In this document: in pieces, positions 17,682 through 28,492 of the stretch | Position numbering within the stretch: the first letter of the stretch is position 1 | Layout of the letters: every line of letters starts with the position of its first letter | Virus record (IMG/VR): IMGVR_UViG_3300010052_000132 | Span: 1-59,500 of that record | Strand: one strand, 5' to 3' | Source: a virus | Lineage: Duplodnaviria; Caudoviricetes | DNA length: 59,500 nt | Notes under the pieces: model-generated | Told to the model about the DNA's origin: nothing | The model's input: only the letters and a program-made list of their open reading frames with translations | The model's database searches: none | Translations under genes and position numbers: made by a program

Positions 17682-19722
17682 CGTCGCCGCCGATCTGATA
17701 TCCCTTACCCTCCCCCCGGAGGATTTATCGACCACAGAGTGCGCGGAGCGTTATCGCTTCATGCGCGCCCGCGAGGGCAGCGGCAAGCGCCGGTGGCTGC
17801 GAAAGCTGACCCCCTATGTGGTCGGGATCCAGGATGCGCTCGACAGCCCGCTCTACCGGTTCGTCGTCTGCATAGGCCCAGGCCGCACGGGTAAGTCGGT
17901 CGCCGGCGAGAATAAGCTGTTCAAGACCCTGCGGGTCGGCCCTGCGGTCGACGCGATCGTATACCTGCAGGCCGACGGAGACGTCGACAGCTATGCCGAC
18001 AAGGAGTTCGCCGACTTCTTCTCCGAGCGGCTGCATCCCGAGATCGCCGCCAAGGTCGGCAAGCGCCCGCAGGATAACAAGCGGGAGTTCAAATATGTTG
18101 CCGGCCGATCGGTGCAGTTGCTCCCCGCCAACGAAGGCAACGTCCGCCAGAAGGAAGCAACCTACATCTGGGCCAGTGAGATCGACGGCTATCGCCCCAA
18201 GGTCCGGGATGGCTTCAAGGACAATATCGGCGTCCGCATGCAGGCCTCGGGCAACCAGGCCAAGGCATACATCGAAAGCCACCCGGACCTTGGGGAAGCG
18301 GGACCGATCGTGACGATCTACAAGGATTCGACGCGGGGCCTGTGGTACTGGCCCTGCCCGCACTGTGATGCATGGGCGAGCCCTCACCCGCGGGCGCCGA
18401 AGGGCATGTACATGGCCCTCGTCTATGATCGCGATAACGATCTCGACGATGACGATCTGCTCGACCAGGTCGAGCGCACCGCCGGCCTGGGATGCCCGCA
18501 TTGCGGTACCGTGATCCGCGACGAGCACAAGGAGGCGATGAACGAGCGCGGCGTCTGGGTGCATGCCGGCCAGGAGATCACGGCCGCCGGCGTCGTAACC
18601 GGCCAGCCGCGCAAGAGCGATACGGCCGGCTTCTGGCTGCACGGGACAATGTCTCCCTTCATCTCGTTCGGCGAGATGGCACGTAAGGACGTCGCTGCGC
18701 TGATCCATTATGAGCGGACCCGCCGGCCGCGTCGGCTGAAAGAGGTCAGGGTCAAGACCTTTGGTGAAACCTATGAAGGGTCGGCCGCCAGCGCGAAAAC
18801 GCTGCGAGACCGCGCGGAGGCTGCTGCCCAAATGGCCCTGCGCTTGGTAGGGGTCGTGCCCGACGAGGTGGTCTTCATCACCTCCGCGGTCGACGTCGGC
18901 GGGTCGAAGTTCGACGTGATGATCATCGGCTGGGACCTTGAGGGCCGTAGTTGGGTGATCGAGCGCTTCACCTTGAAGCAGCGGCAGACGCCGCGCGGCA
19001 TGATCGACCTCCGCACCGCCGAGCGGATCGAGGATTGGATGATCCTCGAACAGGAGGTCCTCAACCGGGTTCTTCCGCTCGAGCGCGACCCGAAGCTGCG
19101 CATGCCGATCGCCGGAATGGCGATCGACACCGGCGACGGGCATGTCACCGAGAAGGCCCGCGAGTTCGCCCGCCGGATGGCGCGCAACGGGCAATATTGG
19201 GGAAAGGCGGACAATCCCTGGCAGAAGGTTCGACTGATCAAGGGCGCCAAGCTGGCGACTGCCCCGGAGCTTCCGAACAAGCCGCGTCCGGTGAGCGTTG
19301 ATGAGCACGGCCAGCCGGTATCGCCGACGGTTCTCGAATATGATCTGGGCGTCTTCAAGTTGAAGGAGCAGACGGTCGAGCGGCTCGCTCTCAAGGAGGA
19401 TGGCCCGGGGTATGTCCGGTTCGCCGCCGACCTGCCGTCCTCGATGTACGACGAGTTCGCCGGTGAGCACCTGGCCGATGGCAAGTGGGAGCGAACAGGC
19501 CCCAACGAGAGCCTCGATCTGTTCGGCTACAACGAAGCCGTCAGGCTGATGCTCAAGCCTGATCGAGCGGCGATCAGGTGGGATGTGGCACCGCCGGTCT
19601 GGGCTCGTCCGATCCCGATCGTCGCGCCCGCCCACAAGCACCAGCAGGAGGGTTCGGCGTCTCCTGAAACCAAGAAACCGAAGTCAGCCATCGATCGGCT
19701 GGCGGCTCTCAATCGCAAATAG
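17602..19722 (+). CDS. Terminase large subunit (lambda GpA family)
   Basis: GRTGKS Walker A, SEID, YWPCPHC/CPHCG, nuclease VDV...IDTG...NESLD. Confidence 0.95.
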   Translation: MTFETVALLERELGELGRLEHCVKARDVAADLISLTLPPEDLSTTECAERYRFMRAREGSGKRRWLRKLTPYVVGIQDALDSPLYRFVVCIGPGRTGKSVAGENKLFKTLRVGPAVDAIVYLQADGDVDSYADKEFADFFSERLHPEIAAKVGKRPQDNKREFKYVAGRSVQLLPANEGNVRQKEATYIWASEIDGYRPKVRDGFKDNIGVRMQASGNQAKAYIESHPDLGEAGPIVTIYKDSTRGLWYWPCPHCDAWASPHPRAPKGMYMALVYDRDNDLDDDDLLDQVERTAGLGCPHCGTVIRDEHKEAMNERGVWVHAGQEITAAGVVTGQPRKSDTAGFWLHGTMSPFISFGEMARKDVAALIHYERTRRPRRLKEVRVKTFGETYEGSAASAKTLRDRAEAAAQMALRLVGVVPDEVVFITSAVDVGGSKFDVMIIGWDLEGRSWVIERFTLKQRQTPRGMIDLRTAERIEDWMILEQEVLNRVLPLERDPKLRMPIAGMAIDTGDGHVTEKAREFARRMARNGQYWGKADNPWQKVRLIKGAKLATAPELPNKPRPVSVDEHGQPVSPTVLEYDLGVFKLKEQTVERLALKEDGPGYVRFAADLPSSMYDEFAGEHLADGKWERTGPNESLDLFGYNEAVRLMLKPDRAAIRWDVAPPVWARPIPIVAPAHKHQQEGSASPETKKPKSAIDRLAALNRK

Positions 19723-19734
19723 CGGAGATCTAGT

Positions 19735-19974
19735 GTGGTAACACGAGAAGAGCTCGAGGCTGACATCCTCGCGCTTCGCAATGCGCGCACATCGCTGCTT
19801 CGCGGCAGCACCGTAAAGCAGGTGGAGCGCAACGGGCGGAAGCTGGTAATGGAGATGCCCAAACTCTCCGACCTCAACAACGCGATCGCCGACCTCGTGC
19901 GCCAGCTCGGCGAGCTTGATCAGGCCGGGGATCCGACGCTCCGTAGGCGCCGAGCCCTGTCGGTGGGCCTGTGA
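19735..19974 (+). CDS. gpW-like head-tail joining protein
   Basis: Small ORF between terL and portal; LLRGxxVxxVxxNGR pattern. Confidence 0.75.
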   Translation: MVTREELEADILALRNARTSLLRGSTVKQVERNGRKLVMEMPKLSDLNNAIADLVRQLGELDQAGDPTLRRRRALSVGL

Positions 19975-21641
19975 GCATCGTTGCGGGAGGCCTGCCCGCC
20001 GGAACCGTTAATGCCTCGATCAAGACCGCGATGGCGAAGCCGCGCGCCTTTGCGTTCGGTCCAGGCGGATATGGCTATTTCGCTGGCAGCACCGGGAGCA
20101 AAGAGCTTGGCGGCTGGCACCCGCTCAATCGGACGCCCGATAGCGAGGTACTCCAGTCGAAGGAGAAGGTCACCGCCCGCGCGCGAGATCTGGATCGGAA
20201 CAACGGTTGGGCGATCGGCGGCCTCGACAAGCGGGCTGATGCAGTCATCGGCGCCAATATCCGGCTCCGCGCGAAGCCCGATTGGCAGGCGCTCGGTCTT
20301 ACCCCCGAATGGGCGGACGACTTCGCACGCCAGGCGGAATCGATCTTCCGGACATGGGGCAACGACGACCGCTTCCTAAACGATGTCGAGCGGCACCAGT
20401 CGTTTGGTGCGCAAACCCGCCTCGCATATATGCACTTCGTGCGGGATGGCGCGGCATGCGCCCCGCTTTACTGGATTACCGACCGTGGTGGCCTTTTCGC
20501 CACAGCCGCCCTGCTGCTGGATCCCCTAAGACTGTCGAACCCTGATGGCCGCCCCGATGGCCTCGGGATGGACGGGGTCGATATCCGGGGCGGCGTGGAA
20601 CTCGATGCTTACGGTGCCGCTCGCGCGTACCATGTGCGGGATGCCCACCCCTATGAAAGCGGCTGGGCCCAAAGCCACAAATGGACGCGGATCCCTCGGG
20701 AAACCCCTACCGGTCGGCCGCTGTTCGTCCATGCGATCAACAAGCGCTTTGCGCATCAGCATCATTCACTGAGCCGGCTGGCAGCCGCCATGCCGTCCCT
20801 GCGGACCCTCGATGTCTATCAGCGCAGCGAGGTCGCCGCGCAGATCGTCAACGCGGTCTTCGGAATGTATATTTCCAGCCCGTTCGACAGCGACTTCGTC
20901 CGGGAGGCCATGGCGCCCGTCGGTGACGGCGACGGCGATCTGCTGGGCTCCTATCAGGACCAGCGCATGGCCTATCACGAGAAGGCCGACATCACGATGG
21001 ACGGGGTGCGCCTTGCGCACCTCTTCCCCAACGAGAAGATCGAGACGATCAGCGGTGCGCGATCGGCGACAAACTATGAGGCATTCACCCGCGCCGAACT
21101 TCGGAAGATAGCATCGGTCTATGGCCTGTCGGGCGAGCAGTTGTCCAACGACTGGAAGGGCATCAACTATTCGAACGCCCGGACCCTGCTCAACGAGGTG
21201 CAGCGCGGCTTTCTGACCGATCGCCACATCTTCACCCAGAGCTACTGCTCGCCGATCTACGGCGCCGTGATCGAGGAAGCCGTCGCGCGCGACCTTCTTG
21301 AGGTGCCCGGCGGCAAGCAGAACTTCTACCGGATCCGCACCGCCCTCACGGCAGCCGATTGGATCGGACCTGGCCGCGGCTGGATTGATCCGAAGAAAGA
21401 AGCTGAGGCAGCGGCGCTGCGCATCAGCATGGGCATCAGCTCACAGACCGACGAAGCCGCCGAACAGGGAAAGGATGCCGACGAGGTCCGCTGGCAGCGC
21501 AAGCGCGACCTCGAGCAGGACCGGAAATACGGCCTCACGCCCATTGACCCCAACGCTGGCGCCGAAGCCGGCGGAAACAACGACGACCCTGACCAGACCG
21601 ACCGCGACGATGAGCGCGAAGCCGCCGGAGACGACGAATGA
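19971..21641 (+). CDS. Portal protein (lambda family)
   Basis: RARDLDRNN, GGVELDAYG, NYSNAR, WIDPKKE. Confidence 0.95.
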   Translation: MSIVAGGLPAGTVNASIKTAMAKPRAFAFGPGGYGYFAGSTGSKELGGWHPLNRTPDSEVLQSKEKVTARARDLDRNNGWAIGGLDKRADAVIGANIRLRAKPDWQALGLTPEWADDFARQAESIFRTWGNDDRFLNDVERHQSFGAQTRLAYMHFVRDGAACAPLYWITDRGGLFATAALLLDPLRLSNPDGRPDGLGMDGVDIRGGVELDAYGAARAYHVRDAHPYESGWAQSHKWTRIPRETPTGRPLFVHAINKRFAHQHHSLSRLAAAMPSLRTLDVYQRSEVAAQIVNAVFGMYISSPFDSDFVREAMAPVGDGDGDLLGSYQDQRMAYHEKADITMDGVRLAHLFPNEKIETISGARSATNYEAFTRAELRKIASVYGLSGEQLSNDWKGINYSNARTLLNEVQRGFLTDRHIFTQSYCSPIYGAVIEEAVARDLLEVPGGKQNFYRIRTALTAADWIGPGRGWIDPKKEAEAAALRISMGISSQTDEAAEQGKDADEVRWQRKRDLEQDRKYGLTPIDPNAGAEAGGNNDDPDQTDRDDEREAAGDDE

Positions 21642-22534
21642 CCCATTTCGCCAATGTGATGCAGCGCATGTTCAATACGCCGGTGATGATTCGCCAGGAA
21701 AAGGCGGAGATGATCGTTGCCGCCCTGGCTGACCGTCTCGGCATCGCCAGCCTGCAGCGCATGGATGGCTCGGCGATGACGTCCGTCGAGATGAACGCCA
21801 TGGCCGCGGTTGGCCGCCGCGAGCGGCGCGTCGAGAGCCGCATGTTCGACGTCGTCGACAACGTTGCGTGGATCCCGATCAGCGGCACGCTGGTACACAA
21901 GCTGGGCAGCCTGGACCCTTATTCCGGCATGACCGGCTACGACGGCATCATGACGAAGGTGCGCTCAGCGATGGCGGACGAAGATGTCCGCGCCATCTGG
22001 CTCGACATCGACAGCCCCGGAGGCGAGGTGTCGGGGTGCTTCGATACAGCGCGAGAGATCGCTGCATATAGCAAGCGATCGGGCGGAAAGCCGATCTGGG
22101 CGATGTGCAACGAGACGGCATGCAGCGCGGCGTATGCGATCGCCAGCGCGGCCGATAAGGTCTTCGCGCCCGAAACCTCCGTGGTGGGCTCGATCGGAGT
22201 TTACATCCTGTTCGTCGACTGGACCAAGGCGCTCGATAAGGATGGGATAGCTGTCCAGTTCATCCGGTCCGGTACGAAGAAAGCGCGCGGTTCGGGCTAC
22301 GAGGCGATCGACGCTGACACCATCGCCAAACTGCAGGCCTCGGTCGACGAGACCCGTGAGATGTTCGTTCGGCTGGTCGCCAGCAACCGACGCCTCACCC
22401 AGCAGAAGGTCCGTGACACCGAGGCGGACTGGTACGGCGGCAATGCCGCTCTCAATCTCGGTCTGATCGACGGCGTCATGTCCGAGGTCGAAGCCTTCTC
22501 GAAGCTTCAACAGTCGCTCGCGCGCGCGGGCTGA
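21638..22534 (+). CDS. S49 prohead protease
   Basis: LDIDSPGG, ACSAAYAIAS, VGSIGV. Confidence 0.93.
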   Translation: MTHFANVMQRMFNTPVMIRQEKAEMIVAALADRLGIASLQRMDGSAMTSVEMNAMAAVGRRERRVESRMFDVVDNVAWIPISGTLVHKLGSLDPYSGMTGYDGIMTKVRSAMADEDVRAIWLDIDSPGGEVSGCFDTAREIAAYSKRSGGKPIWAMCNETACSAAYAIASAADKVFAPETSVVGSIGVYILFVDWTKALDKDGIAVQFIRSGTKKARGSGYEAIDADTIAKLQASVDETREMFVRLVASNRRLTQQKVRDTEADWYGGNAALNLGLIDGVMSEVEAFSKLQQSLARAG

Positions 22535-22558
22535 CACCCACCACGAAAGGAAATCATC

Positions 22559-23173
22559 ATGAAGTTCCGCCTTCTCGGGCGGGGCGGTGGACTCGCGTCT
22601 GCTGCCGCCGCGCTGATGCATGCTGAAACCGATCCGAAGGATCTCGCCGACGCGGGAAATGCGCTGGGCGAGCTCGGCGCAGGTCGCGCCGAGGCCGAAC
22701 GCGAAGATCGCGGCCACGTTGCCGTCGATCCGCCGGCTGGTGTTGCCAGTGAGCCCGCCCCTGCTGCGGGCGCTGACGGGGCGGCGGCCGGATCCGACAC
22801 CGACAAGGATAAGGACAAGGAAAAGAAGGACGGTGAAGACGACGACCAGGCAGCCGCGACTGCGCGGGCCGAGGGTCATCGCGCTGGCGCTTCCGCTCAG
22901 CTCGAGCGCTGCCTTACCGTGATGCGGTCGGAGCACTTTGCTGGACGCGAGCCGCTCGCGACCGAACTTCTGGCGGGCGACATGCCAGCCGACAAAATCG
23001 TCGCCGCACTGGCCGTCACCTCGAAGGCGGACGGCAACCCGATGCTTGGCAACCTCAGCACCCAGATCAACCCCGCCCTCGGCGCGGGCAAGCCCGCCGG
23101 TGGCGGGCAGGTCGATGCCAAGGCCAGCTGGGATCGGACCATGGCGCGGCTCGGCTTCGCGAAGAAGGACTGA
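22559..23173 (+). CDS. Capsid scaffolding protein
   Basis: Low-complexity Ala/acidic protein between protease and decoration genes. Confidence 0.6.
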   Translation: MKFRLLGRGGGLASAAAALMHAETDPKDLADAGNALGELGAGRAEAEREDRGHVAVDPPAGVASEPAPAAGADGAAAGSDTDKDKDKEKKDGEDDDQAAATARAEGHRAGASAQLERCLTVMRSEHFAGREPLATELLAGDMPADKIVAALAVTSKADGNPMLGNLSTQINPALGAGKPAGGGQVDAKASWDRTMARLGFAKKD

Positions 23174-23205
23174 CGGGCTCCGGCCCATTTCAAAAGGAGT
23201 GAAAC

Positions 23206-23892
23206 ATGGCTGTTCTGACCAGCAACAATCAGCGCGCCGGCTGCTATCTCGGCGAATCCGCGGCGCTCAACATCGTCAACGAGGAGATCAAGGTCCCCTC
23301 GGGCGTCGCGAAAATGCTCCCGGGAACAATCCTGGCGCTCGTCGCCAGCGGCACCACGGTGGTGACGCCGGGCGCCGTCGTGAGCGGTAGCGGCGGCGTC
23401 CCGGGCAACGGCTCGATCGGCGTCGTCACGGCCGATGTTGGCGCACCTGAGGGTACCTACCAGGTCGTCATCCTCAACCCGGGGGCCAATGCCGGCGCCT
23501 TCGAGGTCCGCAAGCCTGATGGCAGCATCGATGGCAACGGGACGGTGGGCGTCGCCTACAACGGCACGATCAACTTCACCCTCGCGGACGGCTCGACCGA
23601 CTTCGTCGAGGATGATCGCATCCCGGTCGTCGTCAGCCGGCCGAACGGCGAGAGCTACTATCCGCATGATCCGGCCGCCGGCGATGGCCGCCAAAACGCG
23701 GTTGGCATCCTCTACGACACGGTCGACGCCAGTGCCGGTGCCAAGAAGGCGGTCGCGACCGTCAACGGCCCCGCCTCGATCTTCGGCAACCGCGTGATCT
23801 GGAAGGCCGGCATCACCGCCGATCAGAAGGCCGACGCGATCAAGGCGCTCGCCGCCAAGGGCCTCAAGTTCCTGCCCCAGCACGCGTCGTAA
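23206..23892 (+). CDS. Head decoration protein with inserted beta domain
   Basis: PGTILA...DGRQNAVGILY...ALAAKG; insertion INFTLADGSTDFVEDD. Confidence 0.8.
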   Translation: MAVLTSNNQRAGCYLGESAALNIVNEEIKVPSGVAKMLPGTILALVASGTTVVTPGAVVSGSGGVPGNGSIGVVTADVGAPEGTYQVVILNPGANAGAFEVRKPDGSIDGNGTVGVAYNGTINFTLADGSTDFVEDDRIPVVVSRPNGESYYPHDPAAGDGRQNAVGILYDTVDASAGAKKAVATVNGPASIFGNRVIWKAGITADQKADAIKALAAKGLKFLPQHAS

Positions 23893-23924
23893 GCGGCTGG
23901 GCAACCTCGGAAAGGGAAACCACA

Positions 23925-24941
23925 ATGATCACCCTCGACGTTTTCAACAACGACGCATTCAGCGTCACCACGATGCTGGATCCGGTTAATCTGATGCCGA
24001 CGGTCCCGGCTTTTCTCGGCTCGCTCGGCATTTTCAACGATGAGCCGGTCGCCACCGACACGATCGGCATCGGCCGCAAGGAGACCGACCTCAACCTGAT
24101 CCAGACGACGCAGCGCGGCGCGCCGATCGAAATCCTCGACCCCGAGGACAAGAACTACCGGCCGTTCAAGATCCCGCGCATCGCGAAGGGCAGCAAGATC
24201 CGGGCGTCCGAGCTGGCCAATGTCATCCCCGGACCGGACAGCAACGAGGTCGAGACTGCTATGGCGCGTCTCGCTCGCGACCAGCAGCGGCTTAAGCAGG
24301 ACGTCGTCTATACCGACGAGTTCCACATGCTTGGCGCCATACAAGGCGTGCTCCTCGACGCCGACGGGGCGGTGCTGGTCGACTATTACGATGAGTGGGA
24401 CATTGCGGTTCCCGACGACATCGAGGTCGATTTCACGCTGGACGGCGGCGAACTCGCCGAACTGTTCCGCAACCAGATCGAGCGCCCGCTGATCCGCACC
24501 GCCAAGACTGGCCAGGGCGTGAGCCGCGTCGTCGCCCTGACCGGTGACGAGTATTGGGATAAGCTGCTGCGAAACCCCGAGGTTCGCGAGACCTACCTTC
24601 ACTGGCAGGCGGCCGCCGATCTCCGCAATCAGTCGGCCTTCCAGACCTTCCGGTATGGCAACGTCGAATGGATCAACTATCGGGGCTCAGACGACAATTC
24701 GACGATCGCTGTCGACGTCGACGAGGCGGTGATCTTCCCGACTGGCGTCCCCGGCATGTTCCGCAAGGTGCTTGGGCCAGGCGAGACGATCGAAACCGTC
24801 AACCGGATGGGCCGCGACGTCTATCCGCTGATCGTCTGGGATAAGGACCGCAATATGTGGATCCAGCCCGAGATCTACGCCTATCACCTCCACCTCAACA
24901 CCCGCCCGGACCTCGTCCTGCGCGCGACGATCGCAGGCTGA
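23925..24941 (+). CDS. Major capsid protein (gpE family)
   Basis: DVFNNDAFS...LGIF...RGAP...GAIQG..LDADG...TRP. Confidence 0.92.
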   Translation: MITLDVFNNDAFSVTTMLDPVNLMPTVPAFLGSLGIFNDEPVATDTIGIGRKETDLNLIQTTQRGAPIEILDPEDKNYRPFKIPRIAKGSKIRASELANVIPGPDSNEVETAMARLARDQQRLKQDVVYTDEFHMLGAIQGVLLDADGAVLVDYYDEWDIAVPDDIEVDFTLDGGELAELFRNQIERPLIRTAKTGQGVSRVVALTGDEYWDKLLRNPEVRETYLHWQAAADLRNQSAFQTFRYGNVEWINYRGSDDNSTIAVDVDEAVIFPTGVPGMFRKVLGPGETIETVNRMGRDVYPLIVWDKDRNMWIQPEIYAYHLHLNTRPDLVLRATIAG

Positions 24942-24943
24942 TC

Positions 24944-25336
24944 ATGAAGCGCTGGTATAGGGGCCTTAAGGGCCAGACGATCGTCACGCCGGAGGGCCTG
25001 GTGGTCGTAAATAAGGGGTCGGTGAAGCTGATCGATGAGGTGATCGTCGAGAAGCATCGCTACATCGAGCGCGAGATCCTGGAGGAGATCGATCGGGCGG
25101 CGGCAGAGCATGCTGTCACCGACGATCTTCATGGTGATATCGCTGAAGAACGTGTGAACCAGATGTCGGCCGCCAAGGCTGCGCGACACCGCGCCCGGCA
25201 GCGTCACGCGCTCAAGCTCGGCGTTGATGCGCGTATCAAGAGTCCGACCAAGGCGCGCTCTGAGCGGAACAAGGCTCGGAAAGCCCGCAACAACGTTGGC
25301 GAAGGTGCACCTGCCAGCGCTCCCCCGGTCGAATAA
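24944..25336 (+). CDS. Hypothetical head-associated protein
   Basis: ORF directly after the capsid gene; basic C-terminus. Confidence 0.6.
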   Translation: MKRWYRGLKGQTIVTPEGLVVVNKGSVKLIDEVIVEKHRYIEREILEEIDRAAAEHAVTDDLHGDIAEERVNQMSAAKAARHRARQRHALKLGVDARIKSPTKARSERNKARKARNNVGEGAPASAPPVE

Positions 25337-25338
25337 AC

Positions 25339-25665
25339 ATGGCATCGCTGTCTGACTTCGACAGCAGACTCGACGCAAAGACGCTCGAGCATCTGGGGGA
25401 CCCCATCCTCTACACGGCAGAAGGTGGGGTCCCGACAGCCATGAAGGCCTTCGTCGATTTCGGCGAGGGCTCCGATAGCTATGGCGGCAGCGGGGTCCAG
25501 GTGGGCCAGCGCACCGCCGAGCTGCTCATTTCCCTCGTGCCCGAGCGGCCCACCTCAGCGTGCACGATCCGGCTCGAAAAGCTGGGGCAGGACTTTTCCC
25601 CCTTCGACGTGAAGACGGACGAGTCCGGCAACTGGTGGGTCTGCAAGCTCAAGCCGAGGCGCTGA
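25339..25665 (+). CDS. Head-tail joining protein (FII-like)
   Basis: Size, position and beta-rich pattern. Confidence 0.6.
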   Translation: MASLSDFDSRLDAKTLEHLGDPILYTAEGGVPTAMKAFVDFGEGSDSYGGSGVQVGQRTAELLISLVPERPTSACTIRLEKLGQDFSPFDVKTDESGNWWVCKLKPRR

Positions 25666-26183
25666 TGACCGACTATCCGACTTCCGTCACCGGCCTGCCC
25701 TCAGGCCGGAAGATCCTCGTGCGCCTTCGCGACGTGCTCGAGCTCGCCGCCGAAGCGCTCCCCGTCGACCATCCAGTTCACGGGACAGCCTTCGTGATCG
25801 ATCGATCCTACGAAGATCCGTTCACGGAAACCGAGACGCTGGCCGGCGCGGTTGCGATCCGCCTCGTCGACACCAGCCGGTCCTCCTGGGACCACAGCAC
25901 CCTGCTTCACCAGGGCGAGATGAAGCTGGACATTGGCACGGCCGAAAGCGGCGTCAACTCGATCGGCGAGCGCGCGGCGTTCATCGATGCCTGGGTCGTC
26001 AACGTCCTTCACGGCGACATAACCCTCGGCGGCCTCGCCAAGGACCTCGAGTCCAAGTCGCTGACCGCCGATGAGCAACAGGGCGCGGAAGCGGGGATCG
26101 CGCTGTCGGCGTTCGCCGTCTCCTGGCTCACCCCTCGCACCGACCTGTTCACCATCATCGGGCCGTTCGGGCCCATTTCCTGA
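25665..26183 (+). CDS. Tail terminator-like protein
   Basis: D.TLGGL motif; precedes the tail tube gene. Confidence 0.6.
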   Translation: MTDYPTSVTGLPSGRKILVRLRDVLELAAEALPVDHPVHGTAFVIDRSYEDPFTETETLAGAVAIRLVDTSRSSWDHSTLLHQGEMKLDIGTAESGVNSIGERAAFIDAWVVNVLHGDITLGGLAKDLESKSLTADEQQGAEAGIALSAFAVSWLTPRTDLFTIIGPFGPIS

Positions 26184-26194
26184 CGGAGATTGCC

Positions 26195-26443
26195 ATGACG
26201 AAGAAGACCCCCGCGGCGGTTGCGCCGCGGCTGCCGGCGACGAGCGTCGATTTCAATGCGCTCGACGCCGCCTGCAAGGCGGGCGACGACGCTGCGCGCG
26301 CGTTCGGCGAGACCGTCGCCGCCGCCCATCGCAACCGCCTCCAGCCCCGCGACCTCGCAGCTGGCGAGATGCTCGAAGACGCCAGCGACGCCGCGGCGAT
26401 CAAGGGCGTTCCCACGGCCGCGCCCGAAGCGCCGGCTGCCTGA
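26195..26443 (+). CDS. Hypothetical protein
   Basis: RBS GGAG; Ala-rich. Confidence 0.55.
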   Translation: MTKKTPAAVAPRLPATSVDFNALDAACKAGDDAARAFGETVAAAHRNRLQPRDLAAGEMLEDASDAAAIKGVPTAAPEAPAA

Positions 26444-26474
26444 CCCCTCCCCCTTCCACAAAGGATAAGCGAAC

Positions 26475-27686
26475 ATGGAACCACCCATCGTCCAGGATCT
26501 CGTCAGTTCGACGACCCTCGCCTTCAAGCTGCAGGCCGACCAGGACACTTACGCCGCGCCGACGACGGCCGACACCCTTTCGGTGGCCAACGTCCAGCTC
26601 CGGCCGAACGACATCACCCTCGAGAACCCGGAATATCGCGGCTCGATCCATCGCCCCGGCCCGTTCCTGATCGGCACGACCTGGGATATCACCTTCGAGG
26701 TGTTCCTGCGGGGACCCGGCGGCGCTGCTCCGCCACTCGCCGACGCCTTCATTCTCGGTCGGATTCTGCGGACGCTCGGCTTCACGGAGAACGTCGTCAG
26801 CGCTGCGATCCCGGCTGCCCTTGAGGATCTGGGCGTCGGCTCGACCACCACAGCAGCGAAGCTCGGTGCCGGCGCAACCGGAACCGCCGACCTCTACAAG
26901 GGTCTCGCCTTGGCGCTGCCGGGCGCCAATCCCGTTACCGGCCGCTCGCTGTCGATGATCGCCGCCTATTCGGCCGCGAAGCTCGCAACGATCGCGGAAG
27001 AGATGGATGATCCACCGGCCGGCAAGTACCAGATCGTCAAGCAGTTGGCCTATCTGCTGTCTCCGTCGGACACGCCACCCGTCGCCTCGGCGGCGATCTG
27101 GCTCGGCGGCTTCCGCTACAACCTGCAGGGCCTCGCTCCGTCGTCGGCCACGCTCACTTTCCCCACCGCGTCGCGCGATGGCGGCTCGGATCTGCCGAAG
27201 CTCGCCGTCACCTTCTCCGGTGACATGCACAGCTATGACGAAGAGGACTGCCCGCCGATCGACGTCTCCCTGCCGGTGCCGCCGTTCAAGGGCGGCAAGA
27301 TGATGATCGCGGACAAGCCCATGGGCGGCTCGACACTGTCGCTCGATCTGAGCCCGCGCGTCGCCTATCGGCCGAACCCGAACAAGGCGACTGGGTCCGA
27401 GGGCGCAACGCTGGTCGAGACGCGTCGCTCGCTCGCGATGACGCTCAACAAGACGGCGCTGTCCTATCTCGACCTGCTGGCGCTCTCCGCCGCACAGGCC
27501 GAGCACAATATCCAGGCGCTCTACGGCTATGGCAGCGGCAACTTCGTCGGCTTCGGTGCGTTCGGCGCGCGCTTCAGCACGCCGGAGCCGCAGGCAGGCG
27601 GTGATTTCTACGCCGATCAGCTGACCGCCTATGTCGATGACCCCGATCGGACCGTCGCGCTGACGTTCCCGTACTGGGGCGCCTGA
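26475..27686 (+). CDS. Major tail tube protein
   Basis: Position before chaperones and tape measure; ITFEVFLRG...GRILRTLGF pattern. Confidence 0.7.
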   Translation: MEPPIVQDLVSSTTLAFKLQADQDTYAAPTTADTLSVANVQLRPNDITLENPEYRGSIHRPGPFLIGTTWDITFEVFLRGPGGAAPPLADAFILGRILRTLGFTENVVSAAIPAALEDLGVGSTTTAAKLGAGATGTADLYKGLALALPGANPVTGRSLSMIAAYSAAKLATIAEEMDDPPAGKYQIVKQLAYLLSPSDTPPVASAAIWLGGFRYNLQGLAPSSATLTFPTASRDGGSDLPKLAVTFSGDMHSYDEEDCPPIDVSLPVPPFKGGKMMIADKPMGGSTLSLDLSPRVAYRPNPNKATGSEGATLVETRRSLAMTLNKTALSYLDLLALSAAQAEHNIQALYGYGSGNFVGFGAFGARFSTPEPQAGGDFYADQLTAYVDDPDRTVALTFPYWGA

Positions 27687-27688
27687 CC

Positions 27689-28492
27689 ATGACAGCGACG
27701 TCTCATAGCGATCTGGCGGACTTCACGCCGGACTCGCTCAAGGACGTAGCGGGGGCCCCGGTCTTCTGGCTCAAGCCGATGACCGGGCGCACCCTTCCCC
27801 GCTACAAGCACGCTCTCAGGGCCGCCGGGCTGAAGTTCCATCAGGTCGATGACGTCCGGGCCGAGACCTTGAAGGCGCTGCAGACGCTGTGGTCGCCAGA
27901 GCTCTATGGCGAGCACGCCGCCCGTCTCGAAGCCTATTGGAAGGCGAGCGACACCTATGATCGGCTCGTCCGCGACTGGCAGGCCGCCGGAGCGGCTGGC
28001 GAGGCACCCGATCTCAAGACGCTGATCGACCAGGCCGAGGTCGACAGCATCCGGGATCTCCAGAATCGCCTTGGCGATGCCTGGCCGCCGCTGGCGATGA
28101 TGGCGGCAGACAATGCGCTGTGGCTCGAGGAGATGCCGCGTGTCGCGCTGTCGATGGTGCTGGCCGGCTGGAGCGGGATCGACCTGCCCTTCCGCATGGA
28201 GGAAGGTCGCGTACCGCTTGCGGTGATCGACCAGATTGAGAAGGCGCTCAGCAAGGCGGAGGACGCGGCGATCGCGCGCAACGTCTCGATCGGGGCAAAG
28301 GGCCTCGCATTCCAGATGCTGCTCGCGCGTGGGCTCCAGGAGCTCAACCTCGGTGGAGTAGAGGAAAAAAACTCGCCATCGCCGTCGCCTGCAGCCTCAA
28401 GCCCGAATGGTTCGATGACGAGCACATCGAGCAAAACGGAGGGTGCAGGATCGACGGCGTCGGAACCTTCAAGTCCAACCCAGCCCGCCTGA
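27689..28492 (+). CDS. Tail assembly chaperone (gpG-like)
   Basis: Ends EEKN plus Ser/Thr-rich tail; carries a slippery site. Confidence 0.75.
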   Translation: MTATSHSDLADFTPDSLKDVAGAPVFWLKPMTGRTLPRYKHALRAAGLKFHQVDDVRAETLKALQTLWSPELYGEHAARLEAYWKASDTYDRLVRDWQAAGAAGEAPDLKTLIDQAEVDSIRDLQNRLGDAWPPLAMMAADNALWLEEMPRVALSMVLAGWSGIDLPFRMEEGRVPLAVIDQIEKALSKAEDAAIARNVSIGAKGLAFQMLLARGLQELNLGGVEEKNSPSPSPAASSPNGSMTSTSSKTEGAGSTASEPSSPTQPA